Shown one piece after another: positions 61,096-64,000 of a DNA stretch of 64,000 bases. A program made the position numbers and the translations under genes. Under the pieces are notes generated by a model. The model was not told where the DNA came from. It did no database searches and saw nothing but the letters and a program-made list of their open reading frames with translations. The DNA lies in the NCBI GenBank assembly GCA_030390025.1, contig CM059431.1, positions 99,884,001-99,948,000 of the forward strand, read 5' to 3'. Within the stretch, counting starts at the first letter, position 1. Each line of letters opens with the position of its first letter. Origin of the DNA: Squalus acanthias (Eukaryota).

Positions 61096-61473
61096 GGGGT
61101 CGCCAAGCCTCCAGGATTGCCCAAGAGGCTCCTGGAATTGAAGATTAATCTCCAAGACACCACTCCCAGCAACACCCGGGAGAAAAATCACAGGGGCATT
61201 AAAGAAAATTGTGATTTTTCTCATTTTCTTTGATCATTTTTATTTATTAAATATAAAAATTTTGGAAATGAGGGAAAAAAAGGCTGTTTCACTGACAGTC
61301 CAGATTAACCCAGTTGGGTAATGAAGAGTCTGTTCACTTTCCGACGCTCCCCGTGGGCAGGAGGTGTGCCGCGAGGATGGACCAATGGCAGGAGTGTGGG
61401 GGCGGGGTGGTTCAAGGCTAGAGGTCATGTGATGAAATCTCCAGGAACACACCCCAGTCGTCTTGGCAACCCT
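61096..61473. mobile_element. Possible hAT-type (Blackjack-like) MITE
   Basis: Termini GGGGTCGCCAA / TTGGCAACCCT. No 8-bp TSD confirmed. Confidence 0.45.
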
Positions 61474-61627
61474 CAGTCGGAAGGAGTAGTGCTCCCCCTG
61501 GCTCCAGAAGAACAATTCTGAGCCGCTCGCCCTCGGCCCCTCCACCACCTCATTGTCTCCTCCTGGACCTACCCATGACCCTTGACACTGGCCCATATTG
61601 GATAGGCTCCAACAGGCGAGCTGCATT

Positions 61628-62375
61628 GAACATAGGAACAGGAGGAGGCCATTCAGCCCCTCGAGCCTGTTCCGCCATTCAATGAGATCGTGGCTGATCT
61701 GCGACCTAACTCCATCCACCCGCCTTTGGCCCATATCCCTTAATATCATTAAGGTGCCGTCTTTCGGATGAGACGTTAAAACCGAGGCCTCGTCTGCTCT
61801 TAGGTGGACGTAAAAGATCCCATGGCACTATTTTGAAGAGGAGCAGGGGAGCTATCCCCGGTGTCCTGGCCAATATTTATCCCTCAACTAACATCACAAA
61901 AACAGATGATCTGGTCATTATCACATTGCTGTTCGTGGGACCTTGCTGTGCGCAAATTGGCTGCCGCGTTTCCTACATTACAACAGTGACTCCACTTCAA
62001 AAAGTACTTCATTGGCTGTAAAGCGCTTTGGGACGTCCTGTGGTTGTGAAAGGCGCTATAGAAATGCAAGTCTTTCTTTCTTTGATTAACAAAAATTATC
62101 AATCTCAGCATCAATTGCCATTTGCGGAAGAGAGTTCCAAACTTCTACCACCCTTTGTGTGTAGAAGTGTTTCCTAATTTCACTCCTGAAAGGTCTGGCT
62201 CTAATTTTTAGACTATGCCCCCCTAGTCCTAGACTCCCCAACCAACAGAAATAGTTTCTCTCTATCTATCCTATCTGTTCCCCTTATATATCTAAATTCT
62301 AAGGAATACAACCCTAATTTGTGTAATCTCTCCTTGCAACATAAACCTTGGCATTTAGGGTCATTTAACCATTGG
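61628..62375. mobile_element. Minus-strand CR1 3' fragment split by a plus-strand Deu SINE 3' half (61752-62083)
   Basis: CR1 tail at 61628-61748 resumes at 62085; SINE Deu domain and tail lie between. Confidence 0.82.
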
Positions 62376-62509
62376 TCCAGCTCATTGGCACCCGCAGTTC
62401 GATTGCGTTATGACGACAAGTCCCAAGAGCGAATACCGGTTGGTCCTCGTACGTCTCTTCTCCGATGCACCGTCCCTGTGTTCCACCGGAATTGTGCCTA
62501 ATTTCAGGG

Positions 62510-62940
62510 TAGGGGGGAAGGGGGCCGGAGGGGGGAGGGTGCGCGAGGGGGGGACGACGGGGGGGTGTGGCACGAGGGGAGGGGGTTGGCACGAGGGGAG
62601 GGGGGTGCGAGGGGGGCGCAAGGGGGGTGCGAGGGGAGGGGGCGCGAGGGGAGGGGGGGTTGGCGCGAGGGGAGGGAGGTTGGCGCGAGGGGAGGGGGAC
62701 GCGAGTGGGGGGTTGGTGCGAGGGGAGGGAGGCGCGAGGGGAGGGGGGCGCAAGGGGAGGGAGGTGCGAGGGGGTTCCGAGGGGGGGTGCGCGAGGGGAG
62801 GGGGCGTGGGGAGGAGGCGCGAGGGGGGTTGGCGCGAGGGGAGGGGGGCGTGAGGGGGGCGTGAGGGGAGGGGGGCGTGAGGGGGGGCGCGAGGGGGTGC
62901 GCGAGGGGAGGGGGGCGTGGGGAGGGGGGCGCGAGGGGGG
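62510..62940. repeat. G-rich tandem/low-complexity repeat (GCGAGGGGAGGGGG-like)
   Basis: Seen directly. Confidence 0.9.
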
Positions 62941-63454
62941 ATTAGCGCGAGCAACTTTAGGCCCCGTCATCTCTGGGAATATCACAAAACTGGTTAATGT
63001 TGCCGGGTGGTTTAGTGATTTTCATTCAAAAATCACAAGTGTTAAAAGGTAGCTGAAGCACTAAAGCTTGAAGTGTTTTGTTGCTGCGTAGAATTATATG
63101 ATTGCCTCTTTTTGGGCACGGGGGCGGGGGCAGGGGGAAATACCGGATCAAGAGGTAAAGGCTCCTCTTTCCTTTGATTCATTCTGAAGGCACTTTGATG
63201 GCGTGGGTGGGAATACTGAATTAATCAAGGCCTTTGAAAGCTTTTGTTGGCTCTGACAATCAACATCCTGATTCACAGTAACGGTGAGATGAGCCAGTGC
63301 TGCGGTGAGAACGCCTTGATGGTATTCCAGAGGTTGAGTGGCGACGAACTGATGCTTAAGTAAATGTCAAGAAAATGAATTCCGTTGTAATCTTCAGAAA
63401 ATGCCTTTAAAATGACAGCACAATCTTGGCAGCATTCTAATCTAGACTAATAAA

Positions 63455-64000
63455 TCCAGGCTGATACTCACCGTGCAGTACTGAGGGAGCGCTGCACTGT
63501 CGGAGGGGCAGTACTGAGGGAGTGCTGCACTGTCGGAGGGGCAGTACTGAGGGAGCGCTGCACTGTCGGAGGGGCAGTACTGAGGGAGCGCTGCACTGTC
63601 GGAGGGGCAGTACTGAGGGAGCGCTGCACTGTCAGAGGGGCAGTACTGAGGGAGCGCTACACTGGCGGAGGGGCAGTACTGAGGGAGTGCTGCACTGTCG
63701 GAGGGGCAGTAATGAGGGAGCGCTGCACTGTCGGAGGGGCAGTACTGAGGGAGTGCTGCACTGTCGGAGGGGCAGTACTGAGGGAGCGCTGCACTGTCGG
63801 AGGGGCAGTACTGAGGGAGCGCTGCACTGTCGGAGGGGCAGTACTGAGGGAGCGCTGCACTGTCAGAGGGGCAGTACTGAGGGAGCGCTACACTGGCGGA
63901 GGGGCAGTACTGAGGGAGTGCTGCACTGTCGGAGGGGCAGTAATGAGGGAGCGCTGCACTGTCGGAGGGGCAGTACTGAGGGAGTGCTACACTGTCAGAG
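63455..64000 (+). repeat. SINE fragment with 33-bp minisatellite (>=16 units, runs off the window)
   Basis: AGGCTGATACTC...GTGCAGTACTGAGGGAGCGCTGCACTGTCGGAGGGG tandem array. Confidence 0.9.

Overview
Eukaryotic, vertebrate DNA, almost certainly a shark or other cartilaginous fish: HE1/V-SINE and SacSINE1/Deu-type SINEs, very dense CR1 LINEs. The window lies inside one host gene. Five minus-strand, phase-1/phase-1, Cys-rich I-EGF exons of ITGBL1 are present (42665-42519, 27541-27419, 24190-24050, 18457-18317, 10392-10246), matching exons 3-7 of the human gene as I recall it. They have GT-AG ends, splice into one open frame of 699 nt, and four of them are not translated in the correct frame by the ORF track. 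The introns are mostly transposable elements. These include many CR1 copies (one nearly complete, with an SGNH-esterase ORF1), L2 fragments, a second CR1/L2-group LINE, a Vingi/Ingi-like 3' end and Penelope-like (GIY-YIG) elements. There is also a decayed two-gene PIF/Harbinger transposon (spliced Myb/SANT gene plus DDE transposase) and several Harbinger-type MITE families with 3-bp TSDs. The most notable observations are: (i) four minimal type I hammerhead ribozyme motifs with stem II covariation in the Penelope 3' regions; (ii) a 33-bp hairpin-derived minisatellite expanded to different copy numbers inside copies of one tRNA-SINE; (iii) five ~895-bp MITE copies whose inverted pairs bracket frame-preserving ITGBL1 exons. 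I found no CRISPR array or prokaryotic system, and I cannot claim a definitively new system from sequence alone. TE boundaries are approximate unless a TSD or TIR is quoted.
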